A stretch of 62,616 nucleotides of DNA, counting the filler, from Choristocarpus tenellus KU-1152 (taxonomy: Eukaryota > Protista > Phaeophyceae): assembly GCA_964200185.2 (NCBI GenBank). It is 8 parts of 8 records of this genome, joined end to end, with 100 filler letters (N's around TTAATTAATTAA, not from the genome) between each part and the next. Parts side by side here need not be neighbours in the genome. Positions count along the whole stretch, not along the records: positions 22,055 to 28,595 come from CAXNAD020007903.1; positions 28,696 to 34,065 come from CAXNAD020011007.1; positions 34,166 to 41,263 come from CAXNAD020006701.1; 5 more parts are not named here. One strand, written 5' to 3'. The position numbers and the translations under genes were made by a program. Every line of letters starts with the position of its first letter. Position 1 is the stretch's first letter. Positions 26,757-37,941 of this stretch are shown piece by piece. The notes beneath the pieces are model-generated. The model was not told where the DNA came from. It ran no database searches and saw only the letters and a list, made by a program, of their open reading frames with translations.

Positions 26757-27930
26757 TTGCGGGAACCTGTTCCTTCTGAGGGCATATCCGTCCAAGAATT
26801 CAGACAGCTTATGGCAACGGTAGCGGAGTTGTCAAGAAACGTTGGCAATCTCATGGTTCAGTCTGAACGAGTCGGCGACACAAATCATCCCGTTGTCCAG
26901 GCCACTGTGCCCAGCACACGGCCTCCGGCTGGGGACATACCGGTCGAAGTGGGTCCTATGGAACCCATGTTGAGAGAAAAATTCCCAGAGAGGGGAAACA
27001 GTTTGGATGCTGCGAGCATCAGAATTGGGGCGAGTCAGAGGTCCGGTTCTTTGGAGAGCTTGGGGTCAGGGGCACATATTGTTTGCCCTACGACAAAGAG
27101 ATCAAGAACCCAACCACTGAAACTATTGGACAACTCGGACTACTGGGACTGGCGGAGGCGTTTCATCGTGCATTGCAGATATACTCACTGCTTGGATGCG
27201 TTGACAAGTGAAAGACCAGTCAGTCAAGAACGCTCCAACGAGAAACTTCTCTTGAACTGCTTCAGTGCGAATGATACCTGGATGGCCGAAGAGGCCTACC
27301 ATGCACTTACTGTTGCTCTCGTCGCATCCACCACCAGGGCACTATGCTATACGCACCAAAGCCCGAGCGAGCTTTTCCGAGCAATAGATGATTGATTCAT
27401 ACCTAATGCTGTGGGTAATAGCCAACATTTGTTCCAAGAGGTTTTTACTTCAAAGGTGGAGAAGGGAGCGAATCTGATCCTGACCTTAAACCACCTGGAA
27501 GAGCTACGGGGGAGGATGCTATCAATGGACCTGGTGATCTCGGACAAGCTGCTGCTCCTACAGTTCCTGTGTGCTCTCGGATCAGATTACAATACTGAGA
27601 TACGCATGATGGCCTCGCAGAGAACACTATGTAGAGCAGACGCAGAGAAAACTGCTAGAGAGCGATATGCTTCCCTTCATGGGAAGGATTCAAGAAAAAA
27701 GAACAGTCATGCTTTGGTGGTTCGCAGCTCATCGCAACAGCCAAGGTCGCGGGGCCGAACGTAAATTTAATGGTGGAAGAAAGAAAATGGTTCTAATTCC
27801 AACCCAAATCGTTCCGAGAAGATTCCTTGTGAGAGATGCGGTAAGCATGGACATGAGAAGCCAACTTGCCCAAATTGCATTTGCTCCAAATGTGGTGGAC
27901 GTGCCCATGATGCTACAACATGCACACTTC
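26757..27930 (+). pseudogene. Copia-type retrotransposon Gag remnant with two CCHC zinc knuckles
   Basis: DYWDWRRRF, SPSELFRAID, LLQFLCALGSDY (UBN2/gag pattern), then CERCGKHGHEKPTC and CSKCGGRAHDATTC. Internal stop and frameshift. Confidence 0.85.
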
Positions 27931-28040
27931 GGTGTTCTTGACTACAATGAAGTCTGGGAAAGAAGAGATCAAAAGACTGAGGTGAATCCTTCCCACTTTA
28001 CTGTGGAAAGTACCACCAGCTGCGGCGACAACGAGCGATA

Positions 28041-28595
28041 TGTTATAACATAGAGTGAAAGTATCTTAGAGGGTACGACTTTTCCCCTGTTTGTCCATTT
28101 GGGACTTGGCTTCTCACGGTTTGTTTTTTTTACATTTTCCTACTCCGAAACATTTCGGAGTAGGTAAAATGTGTATGTTATGAAAAGGTGTGTCCGTAAC
28201 AAGGATATTGGCACTTCCTAACAACATGATAGCCAAAATTACATCAAAATGGCAACATTAGGTTTCGGCCCCCAAATGGACGCGGCCCTACCCTCTAAGA
28301 TACTTTGACTCATAGGCTACTCATTTGTTCCTTGTTTATATGATACACATACTACCAGCTTGTACTGACTGTTGATTGGTGCACTGCACTGGTTGTTAGT
28401 GTTCATTTATTTATTGCGCTTTCCAGCTCATCGTCACATCGATGATAGTAGATAGAAGCATAGCATCTGTTGATGTTCAGTTGATCCACATCACACACAG
28501 GAACATCATAGCACACGTCATCCAAGTTACTTCGGAACTTGCATCAAGTGCGTTCCACTGTTACCTTGTGTTCCCCTTTCTATTTTGTTGTTGTT
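28041..28595. mobile_element. LTR-family fragment (same family as 18792 and 24568), interrupted by a MITE and cut by the contig end
   Basis: TGTTATAACATA[MITE]ATAGGCTACTCATTTGTT... matches the terminus TGTTAAATCATAGGCTACTCATCTGTT (reverse complement of the 25264 end). Confidence 0.68.
28053..28311 (+). mobile_element. PIF/Harbinger-like MITE subfamily A, full length, TSD ATA
   Basis: TIRs GAGTGAAAGTATCTTAGAGGGT / ACCCTCTAAGATACTTTGACTC, with ATA on both flanks. Confidence 0.85.
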
Positions 28596-28695
28596 NNNNN
28601 NNNNNNNNNNNNNNNNNNNNNNNNNNNNNNNNNNNNNNNTTAATTAATTAANNNNNNNNNNNNNNNNNNNNNNNNNNNNNNNNNNNNNNNNNNNN
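28596..28695. other. Artificial contig linker
   Basis: N44-TTAATTAATTAA-N44. Confidence 0.98.
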
Positions 28696-28715
28696 CCCCC
28701 CAAGATACTTTGACC

Positions 28716-29585
28716 CTAGGGTATTTCCGTATAAAGATGATAGCGACCTTCCAGGGTCCCCTACTGTGCAGCACAAGAGTCATATCCCTAAAACCATTAT
28801 CATTGCAGCCAACGGCCGCCCAGATTCGACTTACAGCTTTGATGGAAAGCTTGGTGTTTGGCGTGTGTGTGTGCCAAAAACGGCAGACAGGACAAGCAAG
28901 AACCATAAAAAGGGGGATGTGTATGAGAAGGACCGTACTTTAGACCATTTGTGGTACAGGAAGTGGTACATTGAGGAGTTACTGCCTGCAATCAAGATCA
29001 AGATGCCCTGGTGGCAGGGAAACACATTGTCGTTCAGCAAGACGGTGCCACCCCCCACACGGGCAAAGGCAACTCATACATCTTGTCAGGGGCAGGGAAC
29101 ACTGAGGGGTGGTCGATTAGGCTTGTGACACAGCCATCTAACTCCACCGACCTTAATATCATGGACCTGTGCTTCTTCTGGTCTTTGAAATGCCGAGTGA
29201 TGGGGGAAGAGTTTGGGTCCATCGAGGAGGTGGTGAAGGTCATTAAGAAACAGTATGAGTATGATGAAACCACACTTGAGAGGGCTTGGTAGCTCCTTTT
29301 TGTGGTGTACAATCAAGTACTTAGATACACAGGGGGAAATGACTTCAGTGTGGAACACACAGGGTCATGGAAGAGACAGTTGTCTGGCGATGTTGAAAAC
29401 ATGCTGAAGGTAGACATGGAGACTTTTTCTGTGGCTGATAAACTTGTGTTGGATCGGGAGAAATAATAATAAGAAGACCCTAACCAGAATTCGTCAAGGA
29501 TTCCAAATCTTTTTTCAGAAATGAATTTCATCAACAACTTCAAAAGTTAGGGACAACGTGGAACAGACTTATGGCACGGAGGTAG
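28716..29585 (+). mobile_element. 3' half of a plant-type mariner element: frameshifted transposase plus right TIR and TA target site
   Basis: QHKSHIPK...FDGKLGVW...ELLPAIK | VVQQDGATPH...QPSNSTDLNIMDLCFFWSLK...GGNDF..EH. The element ends ACGGAGGTAG|TA, the reverse complement of the Stowaway/plant-mariner-type terminus CT(A/C)CCTCCGT. Confidence 0.88.
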
Positions 29586-29999
29586 TAGATTTTGACGCGA
29601 TCCTCTACAAGCCTGTACATTTCTTCGGATCTTCCACAAGTAAGTCTCCCTAAAATTTCACCTGAGATCTTGAAACGCTCAAGACAATTATGTCGAAGGT
29701 ACATCCATACGTTTTCCTAACCCTTCCATGTACCCCTTAGTTTTATCACCAATAAGTTTCCCCAAGAAGAATTGTGTATGTACGACACGACAAAATACTC
29801 ATTGCAAAATATATACATGAAATATTTTTAAGTAAGATGTTTAATAATCCACAGTAGGCAGTTTGTATTTCACATACTACGGCGTGATCGGGCATTTATT
29901 GGGGAGGGCGGTAGATACTGTAGTATTTCAAAGCAAGATTAAAACTTATATGTCACATACTATATTATGATAGAAGTGAATAAACAAAAAAACACATGC

Positions 30000-30071
30000 T
30001 GGACACGCCGGGGATTGAACCCGGGGCCTCACGCATGCGAAGCGTGCGATCTACCACTGATCTACGCGCCC
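30000..30071 (-). tRNA. trnA-CGC: tRNA-Ala(CGC)
   Basis: The reverse complement GGGCGCGTAGATCAGTGGTAGATCGCACGCTTCGCATGCGTGAGGCCCCGGGTTCAATCCCCGGCGTGTCCA folds as a full cloverleaf. Anticodon loop TT-CGC-AT, G3:U70 Ala determinant, intact A and B boxes. Confidence 0.97.
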
Positions 30072-30884
30072 AAGAATAACTATCTATTGGTTAATGTGCT
30101 ATGTATACAAAACTGTCTAGAAAAAAAAATGCCCTGAAAGTGGACCCTTCTTTGGAGAGAAACAATAAAGTAGTGAACAATTCTTCGGTGTGGTACTCGC
30201 ACCCAGGCTGAAGAACGGGGGCTTTATAACACAAATTACTGCTTAACCAACTGGGGTCCGCAAGTAAACACAACATCGCCATTCAACTCCAGAATCCACC
30301 ACAATTGGGTGAGTTCCAATGGCAACGTGGTCATGGATATCGACCTGTGAACACCCTTATGCAAAGAGAGCTACTCAAACACAGTCGAAGCTGAAAAAGA
30401 AAAGATCTGGCCATGTTATTAGAAACACAACTTCTTGAGTTGCAAATCTGTAATTCAATAATGAGCCTTCTATTCACACGTGACTCTTCTTGCTTCCAAG
30501 TAGCAAATTTAGCAGCAGTTTATTGGGTACTCTGTGTTGGTTGCAGAGATCCGCAGAAAATACTAGCTCAATTTTATTATCATGATCCTAGTCCCAGTTG
30601 GTCTTAACAAGTTATAACCGGCCTGTGGTCTCGGATATATGCAGTGCACTACATTTCTACAGTAGAACTTATTGCTCCACTTAGATGACAAATGCACAAA
30701 CCTCTAGTGTGTATAGTAATTCTCTTGCGTAGGGGTTCAGCCCATACATAGAGCACGAGTCTGTGTGTTAAAGTGGAGGTTCCTTTCTTGAGTGAACATC
30801 GTTGCGCATAGCCCGTGATATCTTTCTCTGCCCTACCTTTCTGCTCTTCAAGCAACAGGTGAGGTGTGGACAGGGCGTACCTTT

Positions 30885-31142
30885 GAGTGAAACTATCGTA
30901 GAGGGTACAAGGTTTGCCCTGTTTGTCCGTTTGGGGCTTGGCTTTCCACGTTCTTTTAATGACATTTTTCCACTCTGAAATGTTTCGGAGTAGATAAAAC
31001 GTATACGTTACGAGAAGGTGTGCTCAGAACAAGGTTATTTGACAATTCCTAACAAACACAAAGCCAAAACTATATCAAAATCACAACATTAGATTTTGAC
31101 CCCCAAATGGACGCGACTCTACAGTCTAACACAATTTGACTC
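30885..31142 (+). mobile_element. MITE subfamily A, full length, TSD TTT
   Basis: GAGTGAAACTATCGTAGAGGGTAC...CTAACACAATTTGACTC flanked by TTT/TTT. Internally similar to the 28053 copy. Confidence 0.8.
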
Positions 31143-31218
31143 TTTCCGTTACCTACTATAGCCTACTACCTACTATGACCAGGTCGTGCATGGCGTTCAG
31201 GTGTTGAGGTTCATGACC

Positions 31219-31890
31219 TGTTAAAGGCTGAATTGAATGAAGCGTGCTTTCGTGTGCAATGGCTAGTTTGTGATGAAGGGGTGTCATAGAGCCGCAAAGC
31301 ACCGGTGAATTTGTTCTGTTGAAACTGAAGTCATGACTTGCTCAGTCAGAAGACAGATGATGTAGATTCGAGGTTCTGCCTTGATACACTCAAAGGAAGG
31401 AATTAATGTTCTAAGAAGAGGCTTGTTACCTTGGCGAACAAGGATTTCTGTGGATGTTTTAACTCTGAATATACGGCATCCAGCCGTGCATCAGGCGCAC
31501 TTTTAACGCAGAGTGAGCTTGATGTCTTATGAGGGGGCAATGCCAACAGAGAAAAATAATAATCAATTGACATACAACTGGAGTCTCCTGCGTCAAGAAG
31601 AAGAAGAAAGGGAAAAACAAAAAACAAAAACAACAGCACAACAAACTTGAATCAATGTCTGACGTAATTCAAGCTACACGTATCATGCCTGTGTATGTGA
31701 TGGGTAACGACAGTTCTTATGCTTCGTACGTACTGCAGTGTTCTGAAGATAATTGACGTTGTTGCCGTGATGAGCTAGTGGTACAAGTGAAAGTAACGAC
31801 CAGTACAGCGGACCAATCAAGAGTCAGTATGGACTGGTGGCACTGTATCGTAAGGAGAAAAATCAAAAAGTATCAAAAAATGTTCGAACA
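31219..31890. mobile_element. Older, diverged copy of the ~700-bp LTR family
   Basis: Colinear similarity to 24568-25264 (TGTTAAAGGCTGAATTGAATG..., GGCTTGTTACCTTGG, GCAGAGTGAGCTTG, GACTGGTGGCACTGTATC). The right end is approximate and no TSD was found. Confidence 0.72.
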
Positions 31891-31991
31891 AACAATGTCA
31901 TACTTTGTGTCACAAACTCGCATCAAATTTGTGCATCAACTTGTTTTGTTGACTCGGGGTGTCGCTTAGCACTGTCAGAATATCTCATTTT

Positions 31992-32250
31992 GAGCCAAAG
32001 CATTTTAGAGGGTAGGAGGTTTTCCTTGTTTGTCCATTCGGGGCTTGGATTCCCACGGTGTTTTTTATGTCCTCTTGTGATTTTCTGCGTGAACACACTT
32101 ACTTCAAATGTTTAGGACTATGAAAGATATGTCTGGAGCAAGGATATCGACACTTGCTAACAAACACGATGGCCAAAATTAATCAAAATCGCAGCATTGG
32201 ATTTATGACAACAAACGGACGCGGCCCTACCTTCTTCGTTGCTTTGGCTC
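31992..32250 (+). mobile_element. MITE subfamily A, diverged
   Basis: GAGCCAAAGCATTTTAGAGGGTAGG...GGACGCGGCCCTACC...TTTGGCTC. Confidence 0.72.
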
Positions 32251-32623
32251 CTTGTTGGTCATGATGATGCGCTTAAAACGGCCGACACCATGCCGGCAGA
32301 ATTACTAACTCGTTGACTTCTTCCCCTGTTTCTAGACAGCCTTCATGGTGCCGTTGTAGGAGCAGTTATACATCATATGTCTGTTGTTTCACATATATAC
32401 TAACTGTTGTTACTAATTCTTAAGTCTCAAGTAGTTTGGAACGCGTCTGCTTCTTGTTCTCAAACAAACTACAACTACTGTAGTTGGTGTTATAGGATGG
32501 CCTTTCTATTGCAAGCGACACACACTCTGTGGCTATGTTCGTTGCGTTTTCTGACATGTATGTTGCATTTTTTGGGTTTGCTATAGCGACACGTGGAAAA
32601 GGGTGGGCGGGGGCAAAAGTTTT

Positions 32624-32672
32624 TGTTTGGTTGTTTGGTTGTTTGGTTGTTTGGTTGTTTGGTTGTTTGGTT
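32624..32672. repeat. (GTTTGGTT)n minisatellite
   Basis: About six tandem 8-bp units. Confidence 0.85.
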
Positions 32673-32723
32673 TGAATTGAGTAGCTATTGGTAAGTGTGT
32701 ACAGCCCAGAGGAACTTCGTATT

Positions 32724-32796
32724 GCTTGCAGAGCTCCGTTGGTAGAGCGCGGCTCTGATAAAGCCGAGGTCCCGAGTTAGAGCCTCGGCGTGAGTA
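32724..32796 (+). pseudogene. Degenerate tRNA gene with anticodon GAT (tRNA-Ile(GAT)-like)
   Basis: GCTTGCA GA GCTC-CGTTGGTA-GAGC G CGGCT-CTGATAA-AGCCG AGGTC CCGAG-TTAGAGC-CTCGG CGTGAGT A. The D, anticodon and T stems pair perfectly, but it has U8>G, A14>C, T-loop TTC>TTA and a weak acceptor stem. Confidence 0.75.
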
Positions 32797-33130
32797 CTAC
32801 GTAAGAGATATCATTTTGCTCCCAAAATCCTGTCCAATTACCACACATCGTGTTCCCATTCTACTACGAATTTACACTCTACATACAGTTAGGGAGGGGG
32901 GGGGAACAGTCACTAGACTAGCTACATTGTACTTTCGTGAATAAACTTCGAAACAAAACAATCCAAACCAGGGGTAGGAAGGGTTGCATTTTAGGGATCC
33001 TAAGAAAGGGAAAAAAATATGTCATTTTGTACAGTTGCAGAAAGACCATTCGCTTAGTTGTGGTGTCACTTGGTGTGTGGAAAGGGGGAACATCAATTTT
33101 GTGTACACTATTATGCACATAAAGCAACGA

Positions 33131-33365
33131 GAACGAAAGTATCTTAGAGGGTACGAGTTTTCCCCTGTTAGTCCAATTGGGGCTTGGCTTTTAACGAGTT
33201 TTAATTGCATTGTAGGTAAAATGAATTACGTTGTGAAAAGATGTGTCCGGAACCAAGGATATTGACAATTCCTAACAAACACGATAGCCAAAATTACATC
33301 AAATCGAAACATTGGATTTTGGTCCCCTAATGGACGCGGCTCTATCCCCTAAGATACTTTGACTC
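33131..33365 (+). mobile_element. MITE subfamily A, full length, TSD CGA
   Basis: GAACGAAAGTATCTTAGAGGGTACG...CCCTAAGATACTTTGACTC flanked by CGA/CGA. Confidence 0.82.
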
Positions 33366-34065
33366 CGAAATAGATTGTATTGCACAGGGTAAGAATTATG
33401 ACTTGGAATGCAAGACGGTCCAAATCTGCCTACCTCTAAATTTGTTTGGCTCTTTGTACACGGTATGGGTGGACAATGTGTCAACAAGATGTTTGGCAGG
33501 GGGGACGATCCGTTCAATTACATTCTTTAAGTTACAATGATTGATTGAAAGACCACTTGTTCGGGACATTTTTCTATACCGCGATGGAGGTTTCTGGGAA
33601 TGTTGCAAGTGCTTACTCTTAGTGATTATTTCTAGAAACAACAGGTCTAACATACACGATAGCGAAATTACATCAAAATTGCAACATTGGATTTGGCTCC
33701 CAAACTGACGCCCCTGTACACTCTAAAAAAAATTAACTCTCACGACCAAGTACCTGTTTAAGACATTTACAGACAGTCGAAGGGACCATCAAAGGGTCCA
33801 AGGCCAGGTTGGTGGCACAGGGTTTCACTCAAAACACTTTCAGCCCAACGCATGATGTAATCAGGATATTGCTCGTGGATCCCAATGACGCAAGGGTCAA
33901 GACGAACGATATTAATCAGAGGAATCCTTGGGGAGCTTGACATACAACGAGGGGGTAAACTACGACTTGGTATGAGGATACCCCAAGCGCAATACAAACA
34001 AGGGACAACTATGAAGAGTCAAAGTATCTTAGAGGATAGAGCCGCGTCCATTTGGGGGTCAAAAT

Positions 34066-34165
34066 NNNNNNNNNNNNNNNNNNNNNNNNNNNNNNNNNNN
34101 NNNNNNNNNTTAATTAATTAANNNNNNNNNNNNNNNNNNNNNNNNNNNNNNNNNNNNNNNNNNNN
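34066..34165. other. Artificial contig linker
   Basis: N44-TTAATTAATTAA-N44. Confidence 0.98.
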
Positions 34166-34420
34166 GTGAAAAACGGACGCCGGCATCCCCCCCCCCAGAT
34201 ACTTTGACCCCGATGTTCATACTGCAAAATATTATCACTGGGGAAGGTAAGCCAATCATATTAGTCTACTCTATATCGAGGACTTCCGAGTTTGACTCGG
34301 TGCAGGGTGCAGCTTCAAGCATGCACGAAAGAGCGTCTAGGTAAAGAATTAACAATTGTCGATAGTGAAGTTACCTTGACACAGCAGCAGAGTTGGAATA
34401 GGGTACAGAATTCTAGCTAA

Positions 34421-34677
34421 GAGTCAAAGTATCTGAGATGGTACGAATTTTGCGTTGGTTGTCCATTTGGGGTTTGGCTTCCCACGCGTTTTTAATGACA
34501 TTTTAACTACCCAAATCTTTCCGAGTAGGTAAAATGTGTACGTTTTGAAAAGGAGTGTACGGAACAAGGATATTGGCCTCCCCTATCAAACATGATAGCC
34601 AAACTTACATCAAAATTGCAACATTGGATTTTGACCCCCAAATAGACGCGGCCCTGCCCTCTAAGATACTTTGGCTC
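34421..34677 (+). mobile_element. MITE subfamily A, full length, TSD TAA
   Basis: GAGTCAAAGTATCTGAGATGGTACG...CCCTCTAAGATACTTTGGCTC flanked by TAA/TAA, the canonical PIF/Harbinger TSD. Confidence 0.88.
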
Positions 34678-35641
34678 TAATTCAATGCGTTGTTTCATGG
34701 AGGGATACATGATTACATCAATATTGTGGAAGGTCTAGAATGAAAGTTTGAATGGTGATAAGTGTTGTCAGAGAGAGTCTGGCCCACAATACTTTCAACA
34801 CGGAGTGCTGCAGTTGTAACTACATACGGGGTACTTGTAGACAAATGGGTGGAACATGCCCTTTCGACAGATAGTGCATGCACGGCCATATCTATTTTGA
34901 GAGGGATGGATACAAGATTGGTGAAGTTGTAGAAGCTTTCGGACGTAGGAAGTCTTGTTATGTGCAGTTTGCCAGGCAGGAGAGGGGAAGTTTAGTCGTT
35001 GGGAGGGACATTGGGGGAGGTGTTGCTTGCATTCTCCAGAAGAAGAGCGAACGGTGGATTGCTGTGACCGCACGGCTCGACTTTTGAGTGTTTTCTAGAG
35101 CCAGGTTGCATTCCTTAGATGAAGCAATAACTAGTAACCATATCATACCATGGAACGAAGCTAAAGCACCAAGGAACGAGGAATCAATAGTACTATAAAA
35201 TACAATGATATTTCTACTATGTTATATTATGGGACCACTATTTCTAATTCGAATGGAAGGTATCTTCTGTTCTTCTGGGATATTGTACCGTAAATGTACT
35301 TCGTAGGATACAGGATTAAATCCTTAACTGTGTGATAAGGTCAAGCTGTCATAGAACGAGTGACTTGTTCTTTCAAATCATGCATATGTGTCGAATGCTT
35401 AATGAACCATTGTTCTATAGTATGGTATCATGTCTCAAGCAAGGTATAGCAGCTGAAATTTCAAGTGTGAAGCATCCCCAGTCTGGGTGAAAAACAAATG
35501 AAGTTGTCAGTATTGTGCACAAAGGTAACTCCGACTGGAGTAGGGTATACAGTAAGGTCATAAGACGTTTGTCTATTTTGGGGATGGTACGTGCAAACGA
35601 ACTCCTCTGATACGCATGACTCATCGCTTCCTATGCTCACT

Positions 35642-35908
35642 GAACAAAGTATACAAGAAGTACCCAGGCTTTGGGCGTTTCGCATTTAAGATAGCCCTTG
35701 TCATCCTTTGTCATTCTTTCTCTGATTGAAGTGCCAAGATTGGCATGATAACATTGATTTCTCTATCGCTTAAGATTATATCAGAATTAAGAAAATCTCC
35801 TATACACATTTGTACAAAATGCCGAATTTTGTACATAATTGTCAGCATCCTCGAAGTGCAACCCTGAGCACCCTGAGCACCCTGAGCACCACTCGTTTAC
35901 TTGGGCTC
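35642..35908 (+). mobile_element. MITE subfamily C, diverged, with an internal (CCCTGAGCA)3 duplication
   Basis: Similar to 37679-37941 and 60782-61042. Confidence 0.65.
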
Positions 35909-37678
35909 ACTATCAAGTCATCCTCTCCCTGTGACTATACGTTGTCCTTGTCTCTATCCTGTGTGACTAAAATAGTGTAGGCTCTGTACTCGCAACTAGG
36001 CAATGACAGAGACAGCACAAGTAAGTGGCAATTTCCATGTGTTTCATATGCTTTATGCTGGAGACACCAGGCAGATGGGCGAGGCAGGGCCTGATCAACC
36101 TGTTGGATTCTTCCCACGTTTCTTAGGTCACGTTCACAGTGCCAATCTAAGAGTAATTTCAGCTGTGTGCATCATCCTACGAGTTTTGGGTACTTTCGGA
36201 TAATGTATAATGCTATAATATAGGTTCCTAGTGTGGACAGAGTTGATTCCTTGTCTTCACATATGTTACAATTACTGTTGGTGTATTGGAAGGCCTGTAT
36301 ATGTCAGCAATACAGACTATATTGTGGTAGTGTTTAGTCTGCTTTGTAATGTGAATGCTACTTCTTGTGTCCCTCATGGACAGCAACTCCAAAATGCCAG
36401 TGGGAATTAAATATAATGAAATAGGGTGTATTCATATACGGAGCACTGTACTACTGCAACAACTGCTACATAGCTTGAAAGGTGCCTGTTTCTTGAATTT
36501 GAATATACTAAACCTACTATTTGTCGGTGTATAGGAAAACCTATTTTTTTGCAACCAATTCGGACTTCGTTGTGCTTTGTTGTCTTCTCTGCATTGTGTG
36601 CTGCTTCTTTCCTCCCCATAACATCTGCAAAATGCCAGTGAGCTTGAAAAACAAAATAGAAAGACAACAGTTGAATTATAGTTTGCTGCTTATTAATACT
36701 TCAACGGTGGTGGGTAAACCGGACTAATAGGCAAAGAAAATCCTGGTAATCAGACGAACAGGCAACAAAATAGGCCTGTGGTGCAGGTGGTGTATCAATG
36801 CCGAAACAAGTAGGTGTGTCACTCCATACAGTGGCTTTACTCAATTATGAATCATCCCACATAGAAAGGATTCAGTTCTCTGGGCACCGTCATGGACGCG
36901 GAATGTAAAGGCCATATCTAGGTTCATGCTCATTACGTCTCTTGCTGCAGTTCCATATGGTTTGCACCACTGGAGCTGGTACAATCAGGACTGTACACAA
37001 TTCTATGTCGTATTACCAGTATTGCTAGCTGCTTGACAACTTAGGAATATTATCACAAGGTACAGGTAATGATGTCCCACTGCACAACCTTGTCGAAATA
37101 TCTAGGCAGGTTCATTCAGAACACGCTCTATTTTTCGGAACACAATTTGAGATTAAGGTTGAGACAACGTGGACACTTTACTGCCACTCTGACTTGTATA
37201 AACTATACTGAAACCTCATCAAGTAGTATTTGTTGGTAAGTTTTTGCGCTCTCTGTAAATGCAATTATCGATCAATCCAAACCCCTGGTACTAAATTAGT
37301 ATTAAAATACTAAGAAAAAAAAGTGCATGCATGTAGAGCAAAAATAGGCCTTTCACCTTCCTTGAGGAAAGATGAGTCATGATGTAGACATCTTCACATG
37401 ATACGTCGTTTTGCTCTCCTTCCCTCAGTCCTGCAGTGGACAGGTTGTGGGAATCGATATCTTCATTTGACCCCACTTTCTGTAAGTCCAACAATCACCT
37501 TCCCATAACCTCATTCTTCTGAGAAGATACTTCAAAAATATTGTGAGGGAATTACCCGAATGTCACCCATATGCATATAATATGGGAGCTAAACCCAAGT
37601 CTAAACCTATCAAGACAAGATCAAGCATTAACTTGGTTGACAGGCAGCCTGTCAGTTACAGCATTTTGAAAGGAGTTA

Positions 37679-37941
37679 GAGGCAAAGTAAACGAGAGGTA
37701 CCCACATTTTGGTCGTTACGCATTTTAAGCATTGTTTTTTGTCTTTGATAACTCTCCCATATTTCTATAAATGAAGTACTAAATTTGGTTTGAGAGTTTT
37801 GATTTCTCTATTGCTTGAAAAATTTCGACAGAATCTAGAAAATTCCGTACACGAACATGTAGGAACAAAATGCCAAAATTTGCACATATTTGTCAGTATC
37901 CTAAGAATAGAACCCTAGGTACCTCTCGCTCACTTTGACCC
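37679..37941 (+). mobile_element. MITE subfamily C, full length, TSD TTA
   Basis: TIRs GAGGCAAAGTAAACGAGAGGTACC / GGTACCTCTCGCTCACTTTGACCC flanked by TTA/TTA. Confidence 0.82.

Noticed and set aside
31312-31885. Apparent TGTTC target-site duplication defining a 564-bp LTR
   Set aside because: Similarity to the other LTR copies extends about 100 bp further left to 31219, so the match is coincidental.
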